From positions 4,774,001-4,838,000 of the forward strand of contig NC_092000.1 in the NCBI RefSeq assembly GCF_044704955.1: a stretch of 64,000 nt of DNA. Direction: 5' to 3'. Numbering within the stretch: position 1 is the stretch's first letter; each line of letters starts with the position of its first letter. Shown in pieces: positions 12,738 to 34,820 of this stretch. The notes below the pieces were generated by a model that searched no databases, was not told where the DNA came from, and saw nothing but the letters and a program-made list of their open reading frames with translations. The position numbers and the translations under genes were made by a program. The DNA comes from Pristiophorus japonicus (lineage: Eukaryota).

Positions 12738-13259
12738 CGTTCCAACTGGCAATCCAGCTTGCCCCAGGAGGAAACTAGATCATTAGGAGGATCGTTACAG
12801 CGGAGGGGTACGGTGGGATGGAGGAAGACAATAATGAAAGCAAAAAGAGGCAAGAAAATTAATTAGGAAGTTTACATTGATGAATAAATAAAAGAATGTC
12901 CTTCACAAACCAAGCGCTGGAAATTTCACCACTTTACCCACACACTAATGTCAAGTGGCCAACTGGGACAGGAGGCTGCTGGTGTTGAGTGTGAGCACCA
13001 GCACAGAGCAGTGGGGCCGAATGGCCTGTTTCTGAGCTGTAGACCATGTCTGTAGTCACCACCACATACTTGCTCACTACAAAGGACAGGGTGGCAGAGG
13101 AGGAAATGCCCTCACACTACCTGGCCCCCTCACCTCATTCTCAAAGGCACTTTCCAACACCACGTTAAAGACCGTCACCGCACTGGTTGCCCAGGTGTCA
13201 GAGAGTTGCGATACCGTGCCAGGCCCATCACCGCGGCTCAGCGAGGGGAAATAACCAGC

Positions 13260-13625
13260 AAGGGGGGGGGAGGGGAAAGGGGCCTCACCGGTGGAGGGGG
13301 GGGGGGGAGGGGGCCTTGCCAGTAGGGAGAGGGGCCTCACCGGGTGGGGGGGAGGGGAGGGAGCCTCACCGGTGGGGGGGGGGGGGGGAAAGGAGGGGAG
13401 GGGAGGGGGCGGGAAGGGGAAGGGAGGGAGCGAGAGGGGGCCTCGCTGGTGGCGGGGAGGGGAGGGGGCAGGAGGGGGCCTCGCCGGTGGCGGGAGGGGA
13501 GGGGGAGGGGAGGGGAGGGGAGGGGAGGGGAGGGGAGGGGAGGGGAGGGGGCCTCGCCGGGAGGGGGAGGGGGACAAGGTCAGTCAAATGGGGGGGGGGA
13601 CGGGGGGGGGGGGGGGGGGGGGGGA
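13260..13625. repeat. G-rich low-complexity tract near the SSX2IP-like 5' end
   Basis: (GGGGA)n, poly-G and GGGGCCTC(A/G)CCGGTGG units. Confidence 0.8.
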
Positions 13626-13864
13626 CCTTTAACCCCAGTAGCACCCAGCCCAGCCCCAAATGCCGACTCAGATGACAAACCCCACTCTCGCTGGGTCAGG
13701 AAGCCTGGGTGTGGAGCTACAGCATTGCCCCAAGCTCAGCCTCTTACCTCTGCTGCCCAACAACTCCCAGACCCACTGCCCCGCCCAGCCCCACTTTAAA
13801 TCTCCCTCCCCAACGACCGCACCCACCTCTGAATGCCAACACCCATTGGACCAGACCCTTTCGA

Positions 13865-14020
13865 GTCCCTCCAATGAGAAACAGAGCAGAGGAACTTTTC
13901 TGGCCAATCGGGAAGCGCCAATACTGGGCACGCCGTGGATTATGGGAGTTGTAGTCCCCCACACCGCCGCCCATTCTGGCTGCTGCCTGGCCTGGGCGCA
14001 CTGCCCCCTGTGGCAGGAGG
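13865..14020 (-). promoter_or_regulatory. Putative SSX2IP-like promoter: three CCAAT boxes, ZNF143/THAP11 (ACTACAnnTCCCA) motif, CTCF-like site
   Basis: CCAAT near 13871, 13904 and 13918; minus-strand ACTACAACTCCCA at 13943-13955; GCCACAGGGGGCAG (minus) near 14000-14015; candidate non-coding exon donor GAG|GTGAGG at 13134. Confidence 0.6.
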
Positions 14021-15269
14021 TCAGTTCAGCACATGGGACCAGATGACTCAGTGTATGGGGGAGAATTTATCTTAACTCAGTATCTGAGCCTGGATCAGGC
14101 ACTTTCTCAATCAGGGCGAAGGGCGACACCCATGTCCCTCACTCTGTGCAAGGTGTCACATAAGAGACCGTCAGCAAAGCAAGAACTTGCATTTATATAG
14201 CGACTTTCACAACCTCGGGTCGTCCCAATGAAGTTTTTTTTTGATGCGTAGTCACTGTTGTAATGTCGGAAACGCGGCAGATGTGGGGAAGTGCCATCTC
14301 ATTAACATAGCACCTAAAAAAGATAGATCTGGGTATGTTCTCAACGGTGAGAGGCTTGGAACAGTGGAAGAGCAGAGAGATTTAAGGGGCTCAGGTGCAG
14401 AATTCATTGAAAACTAGTGGACAGGTTAAAAAAAAATTAAATAGGCGAATGGGATGTTGGCCCTCATCTCAAGGGAGCTGGAGTGCAAAGGGTTGGGATT
14501 ATGTTACAGTTGTACAGGGCTCAGGTCAGACTTCCCCTGGAGCGATGCGTTCAGTTCTGAGAGTCACATGGCCTCGGAGGTGGAGCAGCGCTGATTCACC
14601 GGTTACCAGGGCTACACGGGTTAAATTACAAGGGCAGGTTGCACAGACTGGGCCTGTACTCCCTCGAGTGGAGAAGATTGAGGGGTGATCTCAATGAGGT
14701 GTTTAAAAAAAAAAAGACTTGCATTTATATAGCGCCTTTCACGACCACTGAACGTCGCAAAGTGCTTTACAGCCAATTAAATACTTTTGGAGTGTAGTCA
14801 CTGTTGTAATGTGGGAAACGCGGCAGTCACTTTGCGCACAGCAAGCTCCCACAAGCAGCCATGTGATAATGACCCAGATAATTTGTTTTTGTAATGTTGA
14901 TTGATGGATAAGTATTGGCCCCAGGACACTGGGGAGAACTCGGTTATTTTAGATAATTAAAGGATTGGATAGGGTGGATCGAGAGACTATTTCCTTAGGT
15001 CAGAGAGTCCAGAACAAGGTGGCATTACCTTAAAAGTAGAGCCAGGCCGTTCAGGGGTGATGTCAGGAAGCACTTCTTCACACAAAGGGCGGTGGGAATC
15101 TGGAACTCTCTCCCCCAAAAAGCTGCTGAGGCCGGGGGTCAATTGAACATTTCAGAACTGTGATTGATAGATTTTTGTCAGGCAAGATATTAAGGATTAC
15201 AGGACCAAGGCAGGTAGATGGAGTTAAGATACAGATCAGCCGTGTTCTCATTGAATAGCAGAACAGGTC

Positions 15270-15990
15270 CCTCCTGTTCCTATGGCAACAGGCTTGAGGG
15301 GCTGAATGGCCTCCTCCTGTTCCTTTGTAACAGGCTCGAGGGGCTGAATGGCCTCCTCCTGTTCCTGTGTAACAGGCTCGAGGGGCTGAATGGCCTCCTC
15401 CTGTTCCTTTGTAACAGGCTCGAGGGGCTGAATGGCCTCCTCCTGTTCCTGTGTAAGAGGCTCGAGGGGCTGAATGGCCTCCTCCTGTTCCTGTGCATCT
15501 GGCTTGAGGGGTTAATAGGCTTCCTCCTGTTCCTGTGTAACAGGCTCGAGGGGCTGAATGGCCTCCTCCTGTTCCTGTGTAACAGGCTCAAGGGGCTGAA
15601 TGGACTGCTCCTGTGTAACAGGCTCGAGGGGCTGAATGGCCTCCTCCTGTTTCTGTGCAAGAGGCTCGAGGGGCTGAATGCCCTCCTCCTGTTCCTGTGT
15701 AACAGACAAGGGGGGCTGAATGGCCTCCTCCTATTCCTGTGTTACAGGCTCGAGGGGCTGAATGGCTTCCTCCTGTTCCTGTGTAACAGGCTCGAGGGGT
15801 TGAATGGGCCTCCTCCTTTTCCTGTATAACAGGCTCTAAGGACTCAATGGCCTCCTCCTGTTCCTGTGTTACAGGCTCGAGGGGCTGAATGGCTTCCTCC
15901 TGTTCCTGTGTAACAGGCTCGAGAGGCTGAATGGGCCTCCTCCTGTTCCTGTGTAACAGGTTCGAGGGACTCAATGGCCTCCTCCTATTC
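15270..15990 (+). repeat. 42-bp minisatellite derived from the CR1 3' UTR hairpin (left block)
   Basis: Unit GTAACAGGCTCGAGGGGCTGAATGGCCTCCTCCTGTTCCTGT, about 17 copies, continuing from an old CR1 at 14280-15270. Confidence 0.9.
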
Positions 15991-15992
15991 AT

Positions 15993-18900
15993 AGGAACAT
16001 AGAAACATCGAAAATAGGTGCAGGAGTAGGCCATTCGGCCCTTCGAGCCTGCATCACCATTCAATAAGATCATGGCTGATCATTCCCTCAGTACCCCTTT
16101 CCTGCTTTCTCTCCATACCCCTTGATCCTTTTAGCTGTAAGGGTCATATCTAAATCCCTCTTGAATATATCCAATAAACTGGCATCAACAACTCTCTGCG
16201 GCAGGGAATTCCACAGGTCAACAACTCTCTTGAGTGAAAAAGTTTTTCCTCATTTCAGTCCTAAATGGCTTACCCCTTATCCTTAGACTGTGTCCCATGG
16301 TTCTGGACTTCCCCATCATCGGGAACATTCTTCCCGCATCTAACCTGTCCCGTCCCGTCAGAATCTTATAAGTTTCTATGAGATCCCCTCTCATCCTTCT
16401 AAACTCCAGTGAATACAGGCCCAGTCGATCCAGTCTCTCCTCATATGTCAGTCCAGCCATCCCGGGAATCAGTCTGGTGAACCTTCACTGCACTCCCTCA
16501 ATAGCAAAAATGTCCTTCCTCAGATTAGGAGACCAAAACTGAACACAATATTCCAGGTGAGGCCTCACCAAGGCCCTGTACAATTGCAGTAAGACCTCCC
16601 TGCTCCTATATTCAAATCCCCTTGCTATGAAGGCCAACATACCATTTGCCTTCTTCACCGCTTGCTGTACCTGCATGCCAACTTTCAATGACTGATGTAC
16701 CATGACACCCAGGTCTCGTTGCACCTCCCCCTTTCCTCATCTGCCGCCATTCAGATAATATTCTGCCTTCGTGTTTTTGTCCCCAAAGTGGATAACCTCA
16801 CATTTATCCACATTATACTGCATCTGCCATGCATTTGCCCACTCACCTAACCTGTCCAAATCACCCTGCAGCCTTTTAGCATCCTCCTCACAGCTCACAC
16901 CGCCCCAGTTTAGTGCCATCTGCAAATTTGGAGATATTACACTCAATTTCTTCATCTAAATCATTAATGTATATTGTAAAGAGCTGGGGTCCCAGCACTG
17001 AGCCCTGCGGCACTCCACTAGTCACTGCCTGCCATTTTGAAAAGGACCCGTTTATCCCGACTCTCAGCTTCCTGTCTGCCAACCAGTTCTCTATCCATGT
17101 CAGTACGTTACCCCCAATACCATGTGCTTTAATTTTGCACACCAATCTCTTGTGTGGGACCTTGTCAAAAGCCTTTTGAAAGTCCAAATACACCACATCC
17201 ACTGGTTCTCCCTTGTCCACTCTACTAGTTACATCCTCAAAAATTCCAGAAGATTTGTTAAGATTTCCCTTTCATAAATCCATGCTGACTTGGACCGATC
17301 CTGTCACTGCTTTCCAAATGCCTGCTATTTCATCTTTAATAATTGATTCCAACATTTTCCCCACTACTGATGTCAGGCTAATCGGTCAATAATTACCCAC
17401 TTTCTCTCTCCCTCTTTTTTTGAAAAGTGGTGTTACATTAACTACCCTCCAGTCCATAGGAACTGATCCAGAGTCGAAAGACTGTTGGAAAATGATCACC
17501 AATGCATCCACTATTTCTATGGCCACTTCCTTAAGTATTCTGGGATGCAGACTATCAGGTCCGTGGATTTATCGGCCTTCAATCCCATCAATTTCCCCAA
17601 CACAATTTTCCGTTTTATAAGGATATCCTTCAGTTCCTCCTTCTCACTAGACCCTCGGTCCCCTAGTATTTCTGGAAGGTTATTTGTGTCTTCCTTCGTG
17701 AAAACAGAACCAAAGTATTTGTTTAACTGGTCCACCATTTCTTTGTTCCCCATTATAAATTCACCTGAATCTGACTGCAAGGGACCTACATTTGTTTTCA
17801 CTAATCTTTTTCTCTTTACATATCTATAGAAGCTTTTGCAGTCAGTTTTTATGTTACCAGGAAGCTTCCTCTCATACTCTATTTCCCCCCTCCTAATTAA
17901 ACCCTTTGTCCTCAGATGAATACGTGGCTTGAGGAGTGGTGCAGAAGGGAAGGATTCAAATTCCTGGGACATTAGAACCGGTTCTGGGGGAGGTGGGTCC
18001 AGTACAAACCGGACGGTCTGCACCTGGGCAGGATTGGAACCAATGTCCTAGGGGGAGTGTTTGCTAGTGCTGTTGGGGAGGATTTAAACTAATATGGCAG
18101 GGGGGTGGGAACCTATGCAGGAAGACAGAGGGAAGTAGAATGGGGGCAGAAGTAAAAGATAGAAAGAAGAAAAGTAAAAGTGGAGGGCAGAGAAACCTAA
18201 GGCAAAAAGCAAAAAGGGCCACATTACAGCAAAATCCGAAAGGGTGTTAAAAAGACAAGCCTGAAGGCTCTGTGCCTCAATGCGAGGAGTATTCGGAATA
18301 AGGTGGACGAATTAACTGCGCAAATAGCAGCTAACGGATATGATGTAATTGGCATCACGGAGTCATGGCTCCAGGGTGACCAAGGCTGGGAACTCAACAT
18401 CCAGCGGTATTCAACATTTAGGATGGACAGAAAGGAAAAGGAGGTGGGGTAGCATTGCTGGTTAAAGAAAAAATTAACGCAATAGTAAGGAGGGACATTG
18501 GCCTGGATGATGTGGAATTGGTATGGGTGGAGCTACGGAATACCAAAGGGCAGAAAATGCTAGTGGGAGTTGTGTACAGACTACCAAACACTAGTAGTGA
18601 GGATGGGGATAGCATCAAACAAGAAATTAGGGATGCGTGCAATAAAGGTACAGCAGTTATCATGGGCGACTTTAATCTACATATTGACTGGGCTAACCAA
18701 ACTGGTAGCAATGCGGTGGAGGAGGATTTCCTGGAGTGTATTAGGGATGGTTTTCTAGTCCAATATGTCAAGGAACCAACTAGAGGGCTGGCCATCCTAG
18801 ACTGGGTGATGTGTAATGAGAAAGGACTAATTAACAATCTTGTTGTGCGAGGCTCCTTGGGGAAGAGTGACCATAATATGGTAGAATTCTTTATTATGAT

Positions 18901-19587
18901 GGAGAGTGACAGAGTTAATTCAGAGACTAGGGTGCTGAACTTGGGGAAAGATAACTTCGATGGTATGAGATGTAAATTGGCTAGAATAGACTGGCGAGTG
19001 ATACTTAAAGGGTTGACGGTGGATAGGCAATGGCAAACATTTAAAGATCACATGGATGAACTTCAGCAATTGTACATCCCTGTCTGGAGTAAAAATAAAA
19101 CGGGGAAGGTGGCTCAACCGTGGCTAACCAGAGAAATTAAGGATAGTGTTAAATCCAAGGAAGAGGCATATGAATTGGCCAGAAAAAGCAGCAAACCTGA
19201 GGACTGGGAGAATTTTGTAATACAAGCTACCCTGCGATTCCTACTCTGACTAACATGTGGCACTGGTAGCAATCCTGAGATTACTACTTTTGAGGTCCTA
19301 CTTTTTAATTTAGCTCCTAGCTCCCTAAATTCATCTTGTAGGACCTCATCCCATTTTTTTCCTATATCGTTGGTACCTATATGCACCACGACAACTGGCT
19401 GTTTACCCTCCCGCTTCAAAATGTCCTGCACCTGCTCCGAGACATCCTTGACCCTTGCACCAGGAAGGCAACATACCATCCTGGAGTCTCGGTTGTGGCC
19501 GCAGAAATGTCTATCTATTCCACTTACAATAGAATCCCCTGTCACTATTGCTCTCCCACTCTTTTTCCTGCCCTCCTGTGCATCAGA
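15993..19587 (-). mobile_element. Degenerate 5'-truncated CR1 LINE (ORF1 SGNH esterase, APE endonuclease, RT) with an internal inversion at 17911-19224
   Basis: ORF1 GDSIV...CLPGARVKD...VHIGTND (minus); endonuclease IMGDFN, SDH (plus, inverted); [24 protein letters not shown] (minus); tail at about 15995. Confidence 0.92.
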
Positions 19588-19589
19588 AT

Positions 19590-20080
19590 CGAGGGGCTGA
19601 ACAGCCTCCTCCTGTACCTGTGTAACAGTCTCGAGGGGCTGAATGGGCCTCCTCCTGTTCCAGTGTAACAGGCTCGAGGGGCTGAATGGGCCTCCTCCTG
19701 TTCCAGTGTAACGGTCTCGAGGGGCTGAATGGGCCTCCTCCTGTTCCTGTGTAACAGGCTCGAGGGGCTGAATGGCCTCCTCCTGTTCCTGTGTAACAGA
19801 CTCGAAGGACTGAATGGCCTCCTCCTGTTCCTGTGTAACAGGCTCGAGGGGCTGAATGGCCTCCTCCTGTTCCTGTGTAACAGGCTCGAGGCGCTGAATG
19901 GCCTCCTCGTGTTCCTGTGTAACAGTCTCGAGGGGCTGAATGGCCTCCTCCTGTTCCTGTGTAACAGGCTCGAGGGGCTGAATGGCCTCCTGTTCCTGTG
20001 TAACAGTCTCGAGGGGCTGAATGGCCTCCTCCTGTTCCTGTGTAACAGGCTCGAGGGGCTGAATGGCCTGCTCCAATTCC
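19590..20080 (+). repeat. 42-bp CR1-tail minisatellite (right block)
   Basis: Same unit as 15270-15990, about 11-12 copies. Confidence 0.9.
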
Positions 20081-20389
20081 TATGTTGTCACTGCCAGCAA
20101 GAATCTGCACCCTATGGGAAAAAGGTGTGCACGGTATTCTCATGGGGATATGTGGAGTGGAGATCCAGCACATCCCCAGTGAGGAGCAATGAATTATTTT
20201 CAGTGTTCAATTGCAGATCACTTTGGTGCTTTCATCAGCAGGCAGGGTTCTGTATTTAAAGGGTTGACCAGGGACCATTGATGCTTTAAGGGGAGGCTTG
20301 ATGTGGACATAAGGGAGAAGGGAAATTTTAAAAAACATCTTACTTTTCTTTTCTGTCTGTTTTTCTCTCTTAATCCATTCTTTCTTTCA

Positions 20390-20803
20390 AAATTAGGAGC
20401 AGGAGTCGGCCATTCGGCCCCTCGAACCTGCTCCGCCATTCAATGAGATCACGGCTGATCTTCGACCTCAGCTCCACTTTCCCGCCCGATCCCCATATCC
20501 CTTGATTCCCCTAGAGTCCCAAACTTATTCAATCTGCCTTTAATACACTCAAAGATTGAGCCCCCACAGCCCTCTGGGGCAGAGAATTCCAAAGATTCAC
20601 CACCCTCTGAGTGAAGAAGTTTCTCCTCATCTCAGTCCTAAATGGCCGACCCCTTATCCTGAGACTGTGACCCCCTGGTTCTAGACTCCCCAGCCCGGGG
20701 GGAAACATCCTCCCTGCATCTACCCTCTCAAGCCCTGTAAGAATTGTGTACGTTTCAATGAGATCACCTCTCGTTCTTCTAAACTCTAGGGAATATAGGC
20801 CCA
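20390..20803 (-). mobile_element. CR1 3' fragment
   Basis: [24 protein letters not shown] plus tail. Confidence 0.85.
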
Positions 20804-21214
20804 ATGTTACTTAATTTCCCTATTTCTCTTTCTGAACCGGATTTGACTCCAATTCGAATGATTTCCTTCACTGTATTTCCTGTTTCCTTCTCAATCCTTC
20901 AATCTCATTGGTTAAAGAGATGTACTGTTGGTCCTGCCATTCACTGAGGTCCCAGACACTCCATTATCAGCTTTCACCTCCAGAGTTACGGCACAAATTA
21001 TATTCAAGCTGGAGGTTGCTGAGGTAATGCCCCCTTGTTCTGCACTCTCTCCACCAGAGAAAAGTTCCTCTCTCACTACCCTATCAACTCCTTCAATCAT
21101 CTTAAACACCTCGATTAGATCACCCCTTAATCCTCTACACTCGAGGGAATACAAGCCCAATCTGTGCAACCTGGCCTTGTGATTTAATCTTTTGAGCCCC
21201 GGTATCATTCTGGT

Positions 21215-21765
21215 GATTTCCGGGCCGGGCTGCCGCATGCTACTCCCTCTAAAGTCCCCGGCCCGGAAATCAACGCGGTCCCGGCCTGCAAGACCATCGG
21301 CAGGCCGGGGGCCATTGGAGGGAGCAGCGTGAGGCGGTATACCACTGCAGGGAGCAGCGCGTGCTGCTGCAGGAGGACGAGGGCTGCGAAGCCAGGTCGC
21401 TGATTGCAGTGCGGGCAGGCACAGCAGGAGTGGCGAAGGAGCGGCGAGAGTCTGTAGACCGGGGCCCAGGGGCAGCACGGGCCCAGCCCACACATGCGAT
21501 ATGTGGGCGCACTGGGTCCGTGCAGCAGAGCAGGTCTCGTGTCGTCCTGGTTAATCCTTGCCACTGGACCAAGACCTAGCTCTGTCAAGCCCGTGTGGTG
21601 GCTGGAGTGCAACGGTCACCCCACGTTAAAAAAATCCACGCACAGGCATCTTCCACCCTTCAGGATACAGAATATTAGGTCCTTCATTGAAACACCTGTG
21701 AACTCATCCTTTTTGACGTGGAAGCAAGTCATCCTCACTTCCGAGGGACCGCCTACGACATGATG
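21215..21765 (+). mobile_element. GC-rich non-autonomous retroelement with RTE-like (TGA)n 3' end; second copy inverted at 33705-34055
   Basis: Two copies in the window share about 300 bp ending GGAAGCAAGTCATCCTC...GAGGGAC(T/C)GCCTA(TGA)n. Confidence 0.6.
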
Positions 21766-22140
21766 ACATTCTGGTGAAACTGCACTGCCCCCCCCATCCC
21801 CCCCCCCCTCCACAGTACATCCCTCCTGAGGTGCAGTACTGAGCACAGTGTTCCAGTACCTCAGACTGTCCCCGACACATAACCGCTGTCACTGCATCTC
21901 AGCTGGCCCTGTAACCACGGTGAGGGAAGGGTATCACAGCGGAGTAAACACAGCCGGTCCTCAAACCCTTCCCTTTCCATCCCGTAAGGGGCGGGGGGTT
22001 GGGCAGTGGATAAGGACTAGAAGTGGAAACCCTGCTCAGAGATCTTTGCACTCCTCCAATTTTAGCTTCTTGCACAGCCCCTGATTTCTGTCACTGTTCC
22101 ATCAGCGGCCGTGCCTTCAGCTGCCCGGGCCCTAAGCTCT

Positions 22141-22789
22141 GAAACATAGAAACATAGAAAATAGGTGTAGGAGTAGGCCATTCGGCCCTTCGAGCCTGCA
22201 CCGCCATTCAATGAGTTCATGGCTGAACATGCAACTTCAGTACCCCATTCCTGCTTTCTCACCATACCCCTTGATCCCCCTAGTAGTAAGGACTTCATCT
22301 AACTCCTTTTTGAATATATTTAGTGAATTGGCCTCAACTACTTTCTGTGGTAGAGAATTCCACAGGTTCACTACTCTCTGGGTGAAGAAATTCCTCCTCA
22401 TCTCGGTCCTAAATGGCTTACCCCTTATCCTTAGACTGTGTCCCCTGGTTCTGGACTTCCCCAACATCGGGAACATTCTTCCTGCATCTAACCTGTCTAA
22501 CCCCGTCAGAATTTTAAACGTTTCTATGAGGTCCCCTCTCATTCTTCTGAACTCCAGTGAATACAAGCCCAGTTGATCCAGTCTTTCTTGATATGTCAGT
22601 CCCGCCATCCCGGGAATCAGTCTGGTGAACCTTCGCTGCACTCCCTCAATAGCAAGAATGTCCTTCCTCAGGTTAGGAGACCAAAACTGTACACAATACT
22701 CCAGGTGTGGCCTCACCAAGGCCCTGTACAACTGTAGCAACACCTCCCTGCCCCTGTACTCAAATCCCCTCGCTATGACGACCAACATG
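22141..22789 (-). mobile_element. Young CR1 3' fragment inserted into an L2 remnant
   Basis: Intact 183-aa ORF2 C-terminus; L2 sequence continues on both sides. Confidence 0.9.
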
Positions 22790-23506
22790 CCTCCCTAAAC
22801 CTCTCCGCCTCATTTAAGATGCTCCTTAAAACCTCCCTCTTTGACCAACCCCTTGGTCACCAGTCCCAATAGCACCTTATGCGACTCGGTGTCGTATTTT
22901 CTTTGACAATCGCTCCCGCGAAGCACCTTGGGACATTTTATTACATTAAAAGGCGCGATAAGAGATACCGTCGTTGTTCCTTCCCACCTCCCGAGCGTCG
23001 GGGTACTACGCACAAATGTACTTTCCCCGACAGCGATCCCAGCACTCGGAGACTGGACACGAAGCGCAGTGTGCAAGGCTTAGTGTAACTCTCGCGCAGC
23101 TCCTGCTCGGCAGCCAGTGAGACAGCCGGCAATAATTTGAAAGATACAAAGTTTGCCGTGAAAGACAGCCTTACATTTACACGGCACCTTTCCTGACATC
23201 TCAGAGCGTTCCACAGCCAAAGAAGCTCTTTATTTGGAGTGTAGCCACTGTTGCAGCACCGAAAATCCGTCAGCCGATTTGCGCACAGCAAGCTCCCACA
23301 AACAGCAATGTGATAATGACTCAGATAATCTGTTTTTTTTTAGTGATGTTGATTGAGGGATAAAGATTGGCCCCAGGACACCGGGGAGAACTCCCCTGCT
23401 CTTCTTCGAAATAGCGCCGTGGGATCTTTTACGTCCACCCGAGAGCGCAGACGGGGCCCTCGGTTTAACGAAAGTAAGGCAGTACAAGGTTTGCCAGCTA
23501 GAAACG

Positions 23507-23512
23507 TTTAAT
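23507..23512 (-). terminator. Putative CLPP polyadenylation signal (ATTAAA)
   Basis: ATTAAA on the minus strand about 90 nt after the stop, just before a SINE. Confidence 0.45.
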
Positions 23513-23601
23513 ACAAAGGTTGCGGTGGGTACATGTACGAGGTGGGAACCGCAATTCGACACACAGCGGGGGAAGAGGGTGAATCAGGCGGCCCGTGAGG
23601 T

Positions 23602-33019
<9,418 letters not shown>

Positions 33020-33034
33020 CTTTGTGTGCCTCTG

Positions 33035-33125
33035 ACCTCCGACCCGGAAACGCTGAGCCGGCCGATGACGCGCGGCCGGAAGTAGTTTCCATGGTAACGG
33101 GGCCTAGTGCGGACCCGCCGCCTGC
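33035..33125. promoter_or_regulatory. CpG-rich CLPP promoter (possibly shared with the GNG gene): ETS, CRE half-site, RFX X-box
   Basis: CCGGAAGT at 33076-33083, CCGGAA near 33044, TGACG near 33066, GTTTCCATGGTAAC at 33085-33098. Confidence 0.65.
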
Positions 33126-34222
33126 TCAACCCTTTAAAGGCTGGGAACACCCCCCCTTTCCCCCCCCCCCCCCGGGAAACCCCCCCCACTCTCCCCCCGG
33201 CGGGGGCTCGGGGTATTCATAAAATCAGCAACAATCAAATGTCCCAAAGACCTTTTCCCTCCTCTGTAAAGGGGACAGTTTGGGCCGACCATGAAGTAGC
33301 GCAGAGTTTCCTTGGTGTGGACACAGAGACATTCACACAATCCCAGGCCCAGGGGAAGGCTTGCCAATCACAACATCACTAAAATCACAGCGCCATAGAA
33401 ATTTACAGCACGGAAGGAGGCCATTCGGCCCATCGTGTCCGCGCCGGCCGACCAAGAGCTACCCAGCCTAATCCCACTTTCCAGCTCTCGGTCCGTAGCC
33501 CTGTAGGTTACGGCACTTCAGGTGCACATCCAAGTACTTTTTAAATGTGGTGAGGGTTTCTGCCTCTACCACCCTTTCAGGCCGTGAGTTCCAGACCCCC
33601 ACCACCCTCTGGGTGAAGAGATCTCCCCTCATATCTCCTCTAAACCTCCCCCCAATTACTTTGAATCCAAGCCCCCTGGTTGTTGACCCCTCTGCTGAGG
33701 GAAATCATCATCATCATAGGCAGTCCCTCGTATCGAGGATGACTTGCTTCCACGCCAAAAAGGGATGAGTTCACAGGTGTTTCAATGAAGGACCTAATAT
33801 TCCGGATCCCGAACTACATCCTGAAGGGTGGAAGATACCTGTGCGTGGATTTTTTTAACGTGGGGTGACCGTTGCACACCAGCCACCACACGGGCTTGAC
33901 AGAGCTAGATCTTGGTCCAGTGGCAAGGGTTAACCAGGACGACTGGAGACCAGCTCTGCTGCACGGACCCAGTGCGCGCACATATCGCACAGTGTGGGCT
34001 GGGCCCGTGCTGCCCCTGGGCCCTCGCCTCTCCCGGGCCCCGAACTCTCGCCTCTTTGCTACATTGCAACAGTGACTACACTTCAAAAAAAGTACTTCAT
34101 TGGCTGTAAACCGTGTTGGGTTATCCGGTGGTCGTGAAAGTTGCTATACCCCGTATAAAATTTGAGAAACTACAAATTCAGTCTATTTTTGCACTTGAAA
34201 TGTGAACATTTTTAAGGAAGTA

Positions 34223-34820
34223 TCATAGAAGCATAGAAAATAGGTGCAGGAGTAGGCCATTCGGCCCTTCGAGCCTGCACCGCCATTCAATGAGTTCATG
34301 GCTGAACATGCAACTTCAGTGGGAGGTGTTACTAAAGTTGTACAGGGGCCTTGGTGAGGCCACACCTGGAGTATTGTGTACAGTTTTGGTCTCCTAACCT
34401 GAGGAAGGACATTCTTGCTATTGAGGGAGTGCAGCGAAGATTCACCAGACTGATTCCCGGGATGGTGGGACTGACCTATCAAGAAAGACTGGATCAACTG
34501 GGCTTGTATTCACTGGAGTTCAGAAGAATGAGAGGGGACCTCATAGAAACGTTTAAAATTCTGACGGGGGGGTTTCGACAGGTTAGATGCAGGAAGAATG
34601 TTCCCGATGTTGGGGAAGTCCAGAACCAGGGGCCACAGTCTAAGGATAAGGGGTAAGCCATTTAGGACCGAGATGAGGAGAAACTTCTTCACCCAGAGAG
34701 TGGTGAACCTGTGGAATTCTCTACCACAGAAAGTAGTTGAGGCCAATTCACTAAATATATTCAAAAGGGAGTTAGATGTAGTCCTTACTACTCGGGGGAT
34801 CAAGGGGTATGGTGAGAAGT
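34223..34820 (-). mobile_element. CR1 with 5' inversion (tail on -, 34321-34820 on +)
   Basis: Same family as 22141-22789; the two parts are contiguous in that copy. Confidence 0.85.

Noticed and set aside
15218-20259. Leucine-rich 14-aa repeat ORFs (CNRLEGLNGLLLFL)
   Set aside because: Translation of the 42-bp CR1 3'-UTR minisatellite, not LRR proteins
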